Both the position numbers and the translations under genes were made by a program. Positions 26,050-37,914 of a stretch of DNA of 64,000 nt are shown here, piece after piece (the stretch's first letter is position 1; each line of letters opens with the position of its first letter). The notes beneath the pieces were generated by a model. It ran no database searches and was not told where the DNA came from. It worked only from the letters and a program-made list of their open reading frames with translations. Source of the stretch: Squalus acanthias (lineage: Eukaryota); the NCBI GenBank assembly GCA_030390025.1, contig CM059433.1, forward strand, positions 14,758,001 through 14,822,000. Direction: 5' to 3'.

Positions 26050-26360
26050 TTGGGAGAATCTAGAACTGGGGGTCACTGTTTAAAAATAAGGGGTCGCCCA
26101 TTTGAGACAGAGATGAGGAGAAATTTTTTCTCACAGAGGGTCGTGAGTCTTTGGAACTCTCTTCCTCAGAGGGCGGTGGAAGCAGAGTCTTTGAATATTT
26201 TTAAGGCAGAGGTAGATAGATTCTTGATAAGCAAGGGGGTGAAAGGTTATCGGGGGTAGGCGGGAATGTGGAGTAATCAGATCAGCCATGATCTTATTGA
26301 ATGGCAGAGCAGGCTCGAGGGGCCGAGTGGCCTACTCCTGCTCCTAATTCGTATGTTCGA
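26050..26360 (+). mobile_element. CR1 3' end
   Basis: RRNFFSQRVVSLWNSLPQ plus tail. Confidence 0.85.
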
Positions 26361-26486
26361 ATGTAAGAGTTCACTTTTTACGGAGGAAGTGGTGATAGCA
26401 GTTTTGAACGGGTGGAGCTGAGCCAGCCAAGTGGGGTGGTCTGAATTTTGAAATACATAAGCTCCTTCAGCTTGTGTTTGGAGATG

Positions 26487-27543
26487 GTGAAGGTCGAAGG
26501 TTGTTTTTGTGACTGGAAGCCTGTGTCCAGTGGTGTACCGCAGGGATCGGTGCTGGGTCCTTTGCTGTTTGTAGTGTACATTAATGATTTAGATATGAAT
26601 GTAGGAGGTATGATCAGTAAGTTTGCAGATGACACGAAAATTGGTGGAGTGGTAAATAGCGAGGAGGGAAGCCTCAGGCTACAGGACGATATAGACGGCA
26701 TGGTTAGATGGGCAGAACAGTGGCAAATGGAATTTAACCCTGAAAAGTGTGAGGTGATGCATTTTGGACGGACTAACAAGGCAAGGGAATACACAATGAA
26801 TGGTAGGACCCTAGGAAGGACAGAGGATCAGAGGGACCTTGGTGTGCATGTACATAGATCCCTGAAGGCAGCAGGACAGGTAGCTAAGATGGTTAAAAAG
26901 GCATATGGGATACTTGCCTTCATTAGCCAAGGCATAGAATATAAGAGCAGGGAGGTTATGATGGAGCTGTACAAAACGCTAGTTAGGCCACAGCTGGAAT
27001 ACTGTGTGCAGTTCTGGTCGCCACACTATAGGAAGGATGTGATTGCATTGGAGAGGGTGCAGAGGAGATTCACCAGGATGTTACCTGGGCTGCAGCGCTT
27101 CAGCTATGAAGAGAGACTGGACAGGCTGGGGTTGTTTTCCTTAGAGCAGAGAAGGCTGAGGGGGGACCTGATTGAGGTGTACAAAATTATGAGGGGCATA
27201 GATAGGGTAGATAGAAAGGAACTTTTCCCCTTAGTAGAGGGGTCAATAACCAGGGGGCATAGTTTCAAGGTAAGGGACAGAAGGTTTAGAGGGGATTTGA
27301 TTAAAAACTTTTTCACCAGAGGGTGGTTGGAATCTGGAACTCAGTGCCTGAAAGGGTGGTAGAGGCAGGGACACTCACAACATTCAAGAAGCATTTAGAT
27401 GAGCACTTGTAACGCCATAGCATACAAGGCTACGGACCAAGTGCTGGAAAATGGGATTAGAATAGACAGGGCTTGATGGCTGGCACGGACACGATGGGCC
27501 GAAGGGCCTCTTTCTATGCTGTATAACTCTATGACTCTATGAG
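26487..27543 (+). mobile_element. CR1 LINE 3' part (second subfamily)
   Basis: 304-aa ORF with GVPQGSVLGP, FADDTK and YCVQFWSP; (CTATGACT)n tail. Confidence 0.9.
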
Positions 27544-28955
27544 GATGGTGGAAGTGAGGGAGTGAGCTCATGGAAGGTGATTTGTGTGAAGAGGAGGAGT
27601 TCGGAATTTCCGTTGCCTTCCAAGATAATCCTGGAATAGTAAAAGGATTTGGGCACAGAGAGATCATCTGCTTGAAGTGGCCAAGCCAGATCTACCAGTG
27701 AATGGTCAGGAGCCATACGCGCTCAAGCCTACGGCTCTTCGGTTTGAGGTTGCAGAAGCAAATGTTGTGCCAGGGAGGAGGAGAACTGTGAGACGGTGAA
27801 GGATCTTGCAGGGACAAAGGCATTGACTGCAGGAGCAATGCAACAAAACATATTTTTTTTCGGCAGAATCAAGTGTGTGCAGAGATCCCCACCTTGACGG
27901 AGCACAAAAAAAATACAAAGACCTTGGGCTGGATAAGAATGATGGAGCATTTGGACTGGATGATAGTGTGATTTCAGGATGGATGGGTGGGCTAAAGGTG
28001 TTCGGTAGTCGGGTGATGTGGGATTATGCAGAAATGCAATCCAGATGGAGGTGAGAAAAGCAATTTAAAAATCACTGCAGGATGCTGTACTGCCCTAACT
28101 ATTAGTGTTTAAAATATCTTCATAGATAAATAGACAGTTTACATAGAATTTACAGCACAGAAACAGGCCATTCGGTCCAGCTGGGTCATGCTGGTATTTA
28201 CGCTCCACACAAGCTTCCTCCCACCCTTCTTCATCTAACCCTAGAAACATAACCTTCTCTTCCTTTTTCACTCATGTGTTTATCTAGCTTCCTCTATGAT
28301 TTAAGGGTCAAACACTTAAGGGTGCCCACTGACATCCTTCACTTTATTACACCCAAATTTCTTACAATACAGCACACAACCTGTAGCTACGTGGCACAGA
28401 TAGATGGTTTACTCATATAATCTACTGCTATTCTTCGATACACATATTAACATTCTAGTCTACAATCCCAATCCATGTTGTGCTGTTCAGGAAAAAAGAA
28501 AGAACTTTCCTTTCTATCGTACCTTTCACCTCCTAATTACTAAATATCTCGATGATGAGAAAATAATTTGAAGCAGGCAACAGGAATTTCAGAAAGGGAT
28601 ATCGCGCTTGACAAACCTGACAGAGTTCTTCGAAGAGGTGACACATTTAATGGATTGGAAATGCAATGGACGCAGATTTTCAGAAAGGTTTGGACAAGGT
28701 ACCACATAGGGGACTATTGAGGAGGATTAAAGGTATGAAATTAGGGGGAGGGTATCAAATCGTATTAAAACTGGAGTTCTTTTTCTTAACCACTGCTTCA
28801 CAGACAAACAGATCAAAAGGGTTTTCAATACAGCTGGTGAGGGGTGTTTTCCAATTGCTCAGAGAAGCCAACAAATTATTTATTGTTTATTTAGTCTCTG
28901 AGATATAAAATTTCCATTTAGCATTTGGATACCTTTTTCTTTAAAAAAGAATAAA

Positions 28956-30130
28956 TCCTGATATCAAGAAACGGCTGAGCGCACTGGATACAGCAAAGGC
29001 TGTGGGCCCCGACAACATCCCACTGTCGTGCTGAAGACTTGTGCTCCAGAACTAGCCGCGCCTCTAGCCAAGCTGTTCCAGTACAGCTACAACACTGGCA
29101 TCTACCCGACAATGTGATAAACTGCCCAGGTATGTCCTGTCCAGAAAAAGCAGGACAAATCCAATCTGGCCAATTACCGCCCCATCAGACTACTCTCAAT
29201 CATCAGCAAAGTGATGGAAAGTGTCGTCGACAGTGCTATTAAGCAACACTTACTCACCAATAACCTGCTCACCGATGCTCAGTTTGGGTTCCGCCAGGAC
29301 CACTCAGCTCCAGACCTCATTACAGTCTTGGTCCAAACAAAGACAGCCCCAGGACATCGCTGCAGGAGTTCCTCAGGGCAGTGTCCTTGGCCCAACCATC
29401 TTCAGCTGCTTCGTCAATGACCTTCCCTCCAACATAAGGTCAGAAATGGGGATGTTCGCTGATGACTGCAGAGTGTTCAGCGCCATTCACAACTCCTCAG
29501 ATAATGAAGCAGTACATGCCCGCATGCAGCAAGACCTGTTCAGGCTTGGGCTGATAAGTGGCAGGTAACATTCGCGCCACAGAAGTGCCAGGCAATGACT
29601 ATCTCCAACAAGCGAGAGTCTAACCACCTCCCCTTGACATTCAACGGCATTACCATCGCCGAATCCCCCAACATCAACATCCTGGGGGTCACCATTGACC
29701 AGAAACATAACTGGACCAGCCACATAAATACTGTGGCAACAAGATCAGGTCAGAGGCTGGGTACGCTGCAGCGAGTGTCTCACCTCCTGACTCCCCAAAG
29801 CCTTTCCACCATCTGCAAGGCACAAGTCAGGAGTGTGATGAAATATTCTCCACTTGCCTGGATGAGTGCAGCTCCAACAGCACTCAAGAAGCTCGACACC
29901 ATCCAGGACAAAGCAGCCCGCTTGATTGGCACCCCATCCACCACCTTAAACATTCACTCCCTCCACCACCGGCATACCGTGGCTGCAGTGTGTACCATCT
30001 GCAAGATGCACTGCAGCAACTCGCCAAGGCTTCTTCGGCAGCACCTCCCAAACCCGCGACCTCTACCATCTAGAAGGACAAGGGCAGCAAGCACATGGGA
30101 ACACCACCACCTCCAAGTTCCCCTCCACGT
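28956..30130 (+). mobile_element. CR1-group LINE family B fragment with internal deletion
   Basis: QFGFRQDHSAPDLIT, GVPQGSVLGP, FADD; colinear with 54505-55850 except for a deletion near 29340. Confidence 0.88.
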
Positions 30131-30134
30131 TGAC

Positions 30135-30490
30135 TCCAATTTAAGTGTAGCCACTGTTGTTTTGTAGGTAAATTTGGCAGGCAGTTTGTGCACAGCAAGG
30201 TCTCACACGCAGCAATCATATGAATGACCAGTTAATCCATTTTCATGATGTTGTTTGAGGCATGAATGTTGACCAGGAAACTGGAGAATTCCATGCTCTT
30301 CTTCAAAAAGTGCCATAGGGGCTTTTATGTTCACCTGGGCAGGCCAACTTCACCTCAGTTTAAGATCTCATTGAAAGACAACAACTCCGACAGTGCGGCA
30401 ATCTCTCAGTGCTGCACAGAAGTGTCAGTCCTGGAGTGGTGCTTGAATCCTCTGACCCAGAGTCAAGAGCACTGCCACTACGTCAAGACA
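30135..30490 (-). mobile_element. Decayed Deu-domain SINE
   Basis: Similar to 7990-8440. Confidence 0.55.
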
Positions 30491-30857
30491 ATAAGATGTT
30501 GCGGAGAGGTGGTACACAGAAGTCAGCCATCTCCTTACTAGAGAAGAGGTCAAAGAGAAATTAGAAGATTCCACCAGGTTGTTCATAGATACCTTCTAGC
30601 AGCCAAGATTGGTATAAGTGGTAGCCAGGGTGTAAGCCACCTTACCATCTTAAATTTCACAAGGTGCATAAGGCAGCTGATCAATGGGGAGGCACAAAAA
30701 CAACCAGCACCAAAAATGGCAGAAAAAAAAAGGAGAGTACATAACATTAGCAAAATTAATAATGAACATAAACATGTGTAGAAATTAGGGTTGCCAATTA
30801 ATCACAGTTATCTTCTGCGATTAATGCATTCATTTTTGGGAGAAATTAGAACAAAAG

Positions 30858-31072
30858 TGACGTAATAAAGACTCACTACGCACTTGAACATAAAGCAAGG
30901 CTTTAATCAACTTGTAACAAAACATGGAGGTCTAGTTAGCAGTCACTAGCTTCCGGTTTCCAGATTGTCTCTGCCCAAGGTGGGCCCATGCCTGAGTATT
31001 TATACTCCCTGGACGGCGCCCCAGCTGGCCACCCAGTAGTACTTCCTGAGTTGTTACTTGCGATTTATGACA
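30858..31072 (-). repeat. 3' LTR
   Basis: Identical to 35153-35367 except 30955 G vs 35250 T; minus-strand TATAAATA and ATTAAA. Confidence 0.97.
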
Positions 31073-31084
31073 TTCTTCCTCCCT
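31073..31084 (-). other. Polypurine tract
   Basis: Minus strand AGGGAGGAAGAA directly abuts the 3' LTR. Confidence 0.9.
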
Positions 31085-31110
31085 AAAAGGTTTGGAAGTC
31101 CAGTCTTCCT

Positions 31111-34100
31111 TTAACGGACTAGGCGGACCAGAAATAGCCGCAGACGTTTAGCTCTCTGCTTGTGACTGGAAGGCACGTCTCCCCGGACCGTGTCCTGGTC
31201 CCTGGGTCGCTTGGCCCGTACCGGTAAGTCAGTAGAGTCCGCGTCATCTTGATCATCCTGTGGTGGACTGGGAATATCATGACTCCGGGTGTGGGTCCCC
31301 ACAGGTGCTGAGCTGGCCTCATCCCGGGTCGTGGCTGGAGATTGTCCGGCGTCCTGGTTTCGGGTGGCCATCCTACGGGGAGCGTCCAGCTCCCTGAGTT
31401 GATCCGGTAGCGTTGCCGGCAGATCCCCCGATGTCCCAGGCGGGGCGTCATTTTCATAGGGGTGAGGAGTGTTGATATCATTGTCGGGGGATCCTTCATC
31501 ATTCGGGCCCGTGTGACCGGTTGGGCAGGGAGCCAGATCTCGGAGCGAGACGGTGGTCTCCCGGCCATCAGGGTACCGTACGTGCGCATACGTGGGGTTT
31601 ACCTCCGTTAACTCCACCTTGTCAACGAGAGGGTCGTTTTTGGCAGACCGGACGAACCTCCGGAGTAGCACCGGGCCTGGAGCCACCAACCATGACGGTA
31701 GAGACGTCCCATGTGTAGAGCGACGCCGGAATTTGAAGAATCGCTCATGAGGCGTGACATTAGTAGATGTGGAGAGAAGAGACCTGATAGAGTGTAACGC
31801 GTCGGGGAGCACCGTTTCCCACTGCTGGTCCGGCAGGTTGCGTGACCTTAGTGCCAGACGGACAGCGTTCCAGATGATGGCATTGTATCGTTCAACCTGT
31901 CCGTTACCGATTAGGTGATATGGTGTCGTCCTACTTGAGGCGATTCCCCGTTGGGAGAGATAACTTTTAAGTTCACTCGACATAAAGGAGGGACCCCGAT
32001 CAGTGTGGATAAAATTGGCCGTCCCGCAAAGGGAAAAGACCTGATCGAGGCATTTAATTACCGTAGAGGTAAGCATATTAGGGCAGGGGAAGGCGAAGGG
32101 AAAGCGTGAATACTCGTCCACCATCGTAAGTAGGTAGGTGTTCCTTGTCGACGAAGGCAATGGCCCTTTAAAGTCTATGCTGAGCCTCTGCATAGGCTGC
32201 ATTGCATGTATGAGTAAGCCATCTGATGGGCGAAAGAATTGTGGTTTCAATTCTGCACAAATCCTACAGGAGGAGCATGTTTTCTTTACGTCCTCGGTTG
32301 AAAATGGTAGATTTTTGGAGCGCACAAAGTGCAACATGCGGGTCACACCAGGATGGCATAAGTCCATATGCAAATCCGCCAGAGTCGACGTTGACATTGA
32401 GGAGCAAAATGCCCGTGTGAAGGTATCTGGGGCCACGTTCTGTTTGCCGGGTCGGTAACAGATAGTATATCCAAAGGCAGCCAGCTCCATCCTCCAGAGT
32501 TGAATTTTATTATTTTTGATTTTCGTGCGCCTCCGGTTATCCAACATGAAGGCCACAGAGCGCTGGTCAGTTATAAGCGTAAAATGACGCCGAGCAAGAA
32601 AATGACCCCATTGGCGTACAGCCTCGATGATGGCCGTAGCCTCCTTCTCGACAGGGGGGTAATGGAGCTCGCTACCCTGCAAGGTTCTGGATAGGAATGC
32701 CACGGGTCGGCCACCTTGATTCAAGGTAGCGGAGATCGCCACCTCCGATGCATCGCATTCGACCACAAAAGGAAGATTTTCGTCAATGGAGCGAAGCGTG
32801 GCTTTCTCCAGCTGTCGTTTGAGGAGGTTGAAGGCAGAAATAGCCGTAGCTTCCAATGGAAAAGACTTCGCATGGAGCAGGGGCTGTATTTTATCGGAGA
32901 AGTGTGGTATCCATTTTGCGTAATAAGCAAACATGCCAAGTGCCCGACGAAGAGAGCCGAGGTTCGTCGGGGGAGGGAGCTCCTGAAGTGGACGAAGTCG
33001 CTCTGGGTCCGGTTTAATAACACCGTTGCCCACCCAGTAGCCAAGAATGTTCACCGATGGCACCGACTTCACCGATTTGGATTCGTTTAACGTTAAGTGG
33101 CGACGGCGGAGTACGTCAAAAAATCTCTGAAGATTGGCGTCATGCTCCTTTTGATCATGGCCGGCAATAGTGATATTGTCTAAATACGGAAAGGTATCCG
33201 TCAAGTTCTCTTGCCGGACTAGGCCATCCATGGCCCGTTGGAAGACGGCCACCCCATTGGTGACCCCGAATGGAAGGCGGCGAAACTGGAAAAGCCGACC
33301 ATTGGCCTCAAAGGCCGTATACTTCTTGTCGGAGTCTTGCAGTGGCACCTGATGGTACGCGCTTTTTAAATCGAAGGTCGAGAATACCTTGTATTTGGCA
33401 AGGTTGTTGACCATGTCATCTATGCGTGGCAGCGGGTAGGCATCCAGATCGGTATATAGATTAATAGTCTGCGAATAATCGATACACAGACGTTTTTTAT
33501 GTTGTTTTAAGGGATTCCTCACGATGACGACCTGAGCCCGCCAGGGAGATGAACATGGCTCGATAATACCGTCGACTAAAAGGCGAGAGATTTCCGCCTC
33601 AATAAACGATCGATCATCTTGGCTAAAGCGCCGCGATTTGGTGGCTATGGGTTTACAGCGGGGGGGAAGATTGGCAAACAGGGAGGGTTCACCGAGTAAG
33701 GCCGCCGAGAGTGCACAAAACGGCACCTTAGAAATGGTAAGCTCCGGCCTTGACCCTCCAAACTCAAAAGTGATCTTCTTGTGCTGCTTCTGGAAGTCCT
33801 GTCCCAGAAGCACATCGCTGCATAAGTTTGCGAGTACTCCGAGCCGGGTGGAGAGATACGTGCGGCCGTTGAGGATGAGGTTGACCAGACAGAAGCCAGA
33901 AGAATTGGTGGTCAGAGTCGTCAGAGCCATTGCAATCTCCCTGTCCGAGGGATAAATGTGCAGTTTTAACCTGTTGACAGCCCGCTTACTAATGAAGCTG
34001 TCAGAGCTGCAGGAGTCGATTAGCGCGCTTAGAGTGTGCCCATTTACTGAAACCTTCGTGGCTGCATGGGACAAACTTTGGGGAAAAACAGCCGTGATGG

Positions 34101-35052
34101 GAGGAGGGGCAATTTTCCCTTCGGCAACTGTAGCCTTAACAGTAGTTCTTGGGGGAGGAGCAGCTCCATAGATAGCAGCTGTGAAGCTAACAGGAGCTCT
34201 CGACCGGTATACTTTAGAGGAGCAGCCTTTCTTGTTAGCAAAGGCCCGTGACTGGCATACCTTGGAAAAGTGTCCTTTCTTGCTGCAATGATTGCAGGTC
34301 ACATTACGAGCCGGGCAAAATTTTCTGTGATGGCACGCCCCTCCACAAAAGAAACACTTTCTTCCTGATTGCCAGGATGCTGCTAGGGCGGGGTCATCAT
34401 CAGCGAAGGCCTCTAGGGTAGGGTCGTCGACTGTTAGAGTAGAGTCAACATCAGTGGGGGCATCCGCCCGAGACCTACCGAAAGACTCATTAAAGGAGAT
34501 AGCCGCCGCCCGTGCACGTGGTGGGAGATAAGTGTCTGCATTTTTCTTGGCCAAGTCCAAGGAACACGCCTGGTCATAAGCAGCCCGTAAATTGAGGGTT
34601 TTATTTTCCAGCAGGCGCTGACGTATAAAAGGGGACGCGATTCCATTGATAAAGGAATCGCGGATTAGTTCCTCTTGATACTGTTCAGCTGAAACCGCTT
34701 TAAGGTTACAATCCTTGCTGAGCCTGCGAAGTTTCTGGAGAAATTCATCGAGTGATTCCCCAGGCTGCTGCCGAGTTGTGGCCAGTAGGTGTCGAGCAAA
34801 GATTTCATTTGGGGACTTGACATATAGCTGCTGTAAGATTTCGATAGCAGTGTCATAGTCTATACAGTCCTCAATATAATCATACACATGAGGAGACACG
34901 TAGTTGATAAGCATTCGTAACTTATTAGGGACATCCGCCCCACATTCTTCAAGAAAGTTGCTAAAGGTACGAAACCAATGCTTCCATACCTTTGCTGCCG
35001 CAGGTGCATTCGGGTCCAGGTCGAGACGAGCGGGTCTAAGGAGTTTTTCCAT
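31111..35052 (-). CDS. Gag-Pol polyprotein, 1313 aa
   Basis: Two Zn knuckles (CFFCGGACHHRKFC, CNHCSKKGHFSKVC); protease LIDSCS; RT DLKSAYHQ, LPFGV, YLDN; RNase H CDAS, EKEA; integrase HHCC plus SIDF, HTDRG, GQVERYN; no stop or frameshift. Confidence 0.96.
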   Translation of the reverse strand: MEKLLRPARLDLDPNAPAAAKVWKHWFRTFSNFLEECGADVPNKLRMLINYVSPHVYDYIEDCIDYDTAIEILQQLYVKSPNEIFARHLLATTRQQPGESLDEFLQKLRRLSKDCNLKAVSAEQYQEELIRDSFINGIASPFIRQRLLENKTLNLRAAYDQACSLDLAKKNADTYLPPRARAAAISFNESFGRSRADAPTDVDSTLTVDDPTLEAFADDDPALAASWQSGRKCFFCGGACHHRKFCPARNVTCNHCSKKGHFSKVCQSRAFANKKGCSSKVYRSRAPVSFTAAIYGAAPPPRTTVKATVAEGKIAPPPITAVFPQSLSHAATKVSVNGHTLSALIDSCSSDSFISKRAVNRLKLHIYPSDREIAMALTTLTTNSSGFCLVNLILNGRTYLSTRLGVLANLCSDVLLGQDFQKQHKKITFEFGGSRPELTISKVPFCALSAALLGEPSLFANLPPRCKPIATKSRRFSQDDRSFIEAEISRLLVDGIIEPCSSPWRAQVVIVRNPLKQHKKRLCIDYSQTINLYTDLDAYPLPRIDDMVNNLAKYKVFSTFDLKSAYHQVPLQDSDKKYTAFEANGRLFQFRRLPFGVTNGVAVFQRAMDGLVRQENLTDTFPYLDNITIAGHDQKEHDANLQRFFDVLRRRHLTLNESKSVKSVPSVNILGYWVGNGVIKPDPERLRPLQELPPPTNLGSLRRALGMFAYYAKWIPHFSDKIQPLLHAKSFPLEATAISAFNLLKRQLEKATLRSIDENLPFVVECDASEVAISATLNQGGRPVAFLSRTLQGSELHYPPVEKEATAIIEAVRQWGHFLARRHFTLITDQRSVAFMLDNRRRTKIKNNKIQLWRMELAAFGYTICYRPGKQNVAPDTFTRAFCSSMSTSTLADLHMDLCHPGVTRMLHFVRSKNLPFSTEDVKKTCSSCRICAELKPQFFRPSDGLLIHAMQPMQRLSIDFKGPLPSSTRNTYLLTMVDEYSRFPFAFPCPNMLTSTVIKCLDQVFSLCGTANFIHTDRGPSFMSSELKSYLSQRGIASSRTTPYHLIGNGQVERYNAIIWNAVRLALRSRNLPDQQWETVLPDALHSIRSLLSTSTNVTPHERFFKFRRRSTHGTSLPSWLVAPGPVLLRRFVRSAKNDPLVDKVELTEVNPTYAHVRYPDGRETTVSLRDLAPCPTGHTGPNDEGSPDNDINTPHPYENDAPPGTSGDLPATLPDQLRELDAPRRMATRNQDAGQSPATTRDEASSAPVGTHTRSHDIPSPPQDDQDDADSTDLPVRAKRPRDQDTVRGDVPSSHKQRAKRLRLFLVRLVR

Positions 35053-35152
35053 GATGGGTCAGTTTCTTGCCCAAGTTCCCTTCTGTGGTTCGAGTTGCAG
35101 CTGGTTGTTCCGAATCACCCAAAGCGTGGAGACGATATCAAGTTGATTAAAT

Positions 35153-35367
35153 TGACGTAATAAAGACTCACTACGCACTTGAACATAAAGCAAGGCTTTA
35201 ATCAACTTGTAACAAAACATGGAGGTCTAGTTAGCAGTCACTAGCTTCCTGTTTCCAGATTGTCTCTGCCCAAGGTGGGCCCATGCCTGAGTATTTATAC
35301 TCCCTGGACGGCGCCCCAGCTGGCCACCCAGTAGTACTTCCTGAGTTGTTACTTGCGATTTATGACA
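35153..35367 (-). repeat. 5' LTR
   Basis: 215 bp, 214/215 identical to the 3' LTR. Confidence 0.97.
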
Positions 35368-35370
35368 AAA

Positions 35371-35743
35371 AAGAACATAAGAAACAGGAGCAGGAGTCGG
35401 CCAATCGACCCCTCGAGCCTGCTCCGCCATTCAATAAGATCATGACTGATCCAATCTTGGCCTCAACTCCACTTTCCCGCTCTCTCCCCATACCCCTTGA
35501 CTCCCTTGTAGTTCAAATGTCTGTCGATCTCCGCCTTGAATATATTCAATGACTCCGACTCCACAGCTCTCTGGGGTAGAGAATTCCAAAGATTCACGAC
35601 CCTCTGAGAGAAGAAATTCCTCCTCATCTCCGTCTTAAATGGGCGACCCCTTATTCTGAAACTATGCCCCCTCATTCTAGATACCCCCACTAGGGGAAAC
35701 ATCCTCTCAGCATCCACCCTGTCAATCCCCCTCAGAATCTTAT
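35371..35743 (-). mobile_element. CR1 3' end
   Basis: YKILRGIDRVDAERMFPL...GKWS* on the minus strand. Confidence 0.85.
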
Positions 35744-35749
35744 ATGCCT

Positions 35750-36464
35750 CTGATCTGCAAATAAAATGCCCGCGTACCTGGTGGTCCGGGAGGTACGGAG
35801 ACTCACGGTCCTGGGCCTCTCCGGGTACCCGGGAGAAGAGGCCCACATATCCCAGTGGCGCAGGCAGTTCACAAGCGCCCCTGGGATCATGTGGGCCGGC
35901 TCAACCAATAAAAGAAGGGAATCCCCATTCATACTTATGGGGATTCCGTATGTACGGAAACTCCGTAAGCATGAATGGGAATACCCCAAAAAATACATCT
36001 ACACATCAAATAAATAAAAATTACATATTTAAAATTAATTGAAATGCCATTTAATTAAATATTTAAAACAAACATTTAATTTTTTGAAAAATAAATTTAA
36101 ATGTTTTAAAGGTGCTAAAAATAACCTTACCTTATTGCACAGGTTTTTTAATGTTTAAATGATTGAAAAAAAATTATTTTTAATGTTTTTTTAAACTCTT
36201 ACGCTGGTAAAAGCAGGCCTAGCGCCTGCAGGCTTAAGACTTTCACGGGCATTTGCCGGGTAGAAGTTGGGCAATTAGCGCAACTCTCCGCCCGCGGAGG
36301 CTCTTTTCCCGGGGTTGCGGTGGAGCTATCAAGAAGATTCTTGACAGATCACAAGTTCTGGGTTTTCGCGCACGCGCTTTGCATGCCTAAACCCGGAAGT
36401 TGCGCGGCCCTTACGGGCGGGTATGCACCTCGTGCGCACTCGTCAGGGCCGCAAATTACAGCCC
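35750..36464. mobile_element. MITE family M1, left end lost, reversed relative to 443-1142
   Basis: Shared blocks (GGCGCAGGCAGTT..AAGCG..CCTGGGATCA; TCTTGACAGATC); right terminus AAATTACAGCCC. Confidence 0.7.
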
Positions 36465-37914
36465 ACAATCTATAACCATCAATGCTCCTTGTAGTAATTT
36501 ACTCAGTTTATAATCAACCTTTGTCCCAGCAGACAAATCACCCCATGCTAACAGTGAAGGCAAAGCTGACATATCGGCACAGAGGCCAAAGCAGACACCA
36601 ATATATCCAACATGGCAACCAGAAAGCATAATAGTAAAGTTGGCATGTAGTAAGACCGGCGGCAATGGTACAATTAGATATGTGATTAAAATCAAGATAA
36701 ACAGATTCAAATTTTTAATCGTGAGAATAATTGCGGCTAATTTTTAAAAATCGGTTGAGGGCCTAATAAGAATCTTCAGAAGCTATGGGCTGGATTTTAA
36801 TGTGCAGATGCGCTGAGAGCAGGGGCTGTCCGATAACAGGTAGGAAACCCGGAAATATGTTAAGTCCACCTGTCAGTGGCTTTTTAACTCAGCCACCTCA
36901 TTATCATTTTCATTCCGAGTCCACTTTGAAGGCAAAAAGTTGGGATTTCACCTGGTGACTCACACCTCACAAGTGAGCAAGTGTAGGTGGTCAAGACAGG
37001 GACACAGTTGCTGTCGCCCGGGGGGTTGTCAATGAAGAGGAGAATCATTGAGCAGCAGCAGACAATGTGCGATGCACCGAGTGGACTCACATCGATTGCA
37101 GAGAGATTGGGGGAGTCCACCTCAAGCGTGAGGGAGGTGATGTCGCAGGCTTTCTTCCATGGATAGAGTGGCCAGTGCCATGGACTATCATATGCTCCGA
37201 TCAAATGAGTCCATGCATGCCTTCAACACCATCGTGCAGAATCTGTATGCCAACATGTCTGCCACCTTAAATAGGTTGACAGCTACCTTAGCCTTGGCCT
37301 TACGGGGCCGCACTGATTTGCATCAAACTCTTCTCCAGCACAGTGGTAGCAGTGAAGTGCGGCTGGGCCATGAGAGGGATGATGGCGAAAGAGGTCATGG
37401 AAGTGGGGACTCCACTCAAAGCGCTTCCACTTCTCACCCACAGCCCACCTCTCAGTCAATGGCTAACTTGCTGCCTCGTCTTCCGATGGCTGAGCCTGCC
37501 CCTGCACAGGTGCAGGTGGAGCAGTCTATGGCAGGACCCTCACGGGCTCCGAAACCCAGAGGACACTGGCCAAGAGAATCTCAGCAGTCAGAGCAGGGAT
37601 GTGAGCAGCACGTAGAAGTAGCAGAAAAAGGAATTGTTAGGCTTTGTAGTTGGACAAGGGTATGCACATGGGTGTCTCTGAAAATGTTATTTTGATAAGT
37701 TGCTGTTCTTAATTTACATCACATAAATGTTATTCTTTTTCACCACTTTCTCATCTTCTCTATTCTTATATGCTGGGTGGTAAGTGGCCTTCTAAGTAGT
37801 TTGCTGATGAATATGAGGACATGAATTGATGGGGACCAAGGGGGGGGATGATCAAGGGGTGGTTGGTTAGTTGCAGGACTGCTTTGTGTCAGTGGAATTG
37901 GAGGGGGCGGTAGA

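Larger units (their letters stand above)
30858..35367 (-). mobile_element. Intact Gypsy/Ty3 LTR retrotransposon
   Basis: Two 215-bp TG...CA LTRs, PPT and a single Gag-PR-RT-RH-IN ORF in Gypsy domain order; imperfect TSD (AAAAG left, AAAAAG right) inside a CR1 tail repeat. Confidence 0.97.

Noticed and set aside
31119..35160. Overlapping and antisense ORFs in the Gypsy element, including a possible env
   Set aside because: Shadow frames of Gag-Pol; there is no room or hydrophobic signature for env before the PPT.
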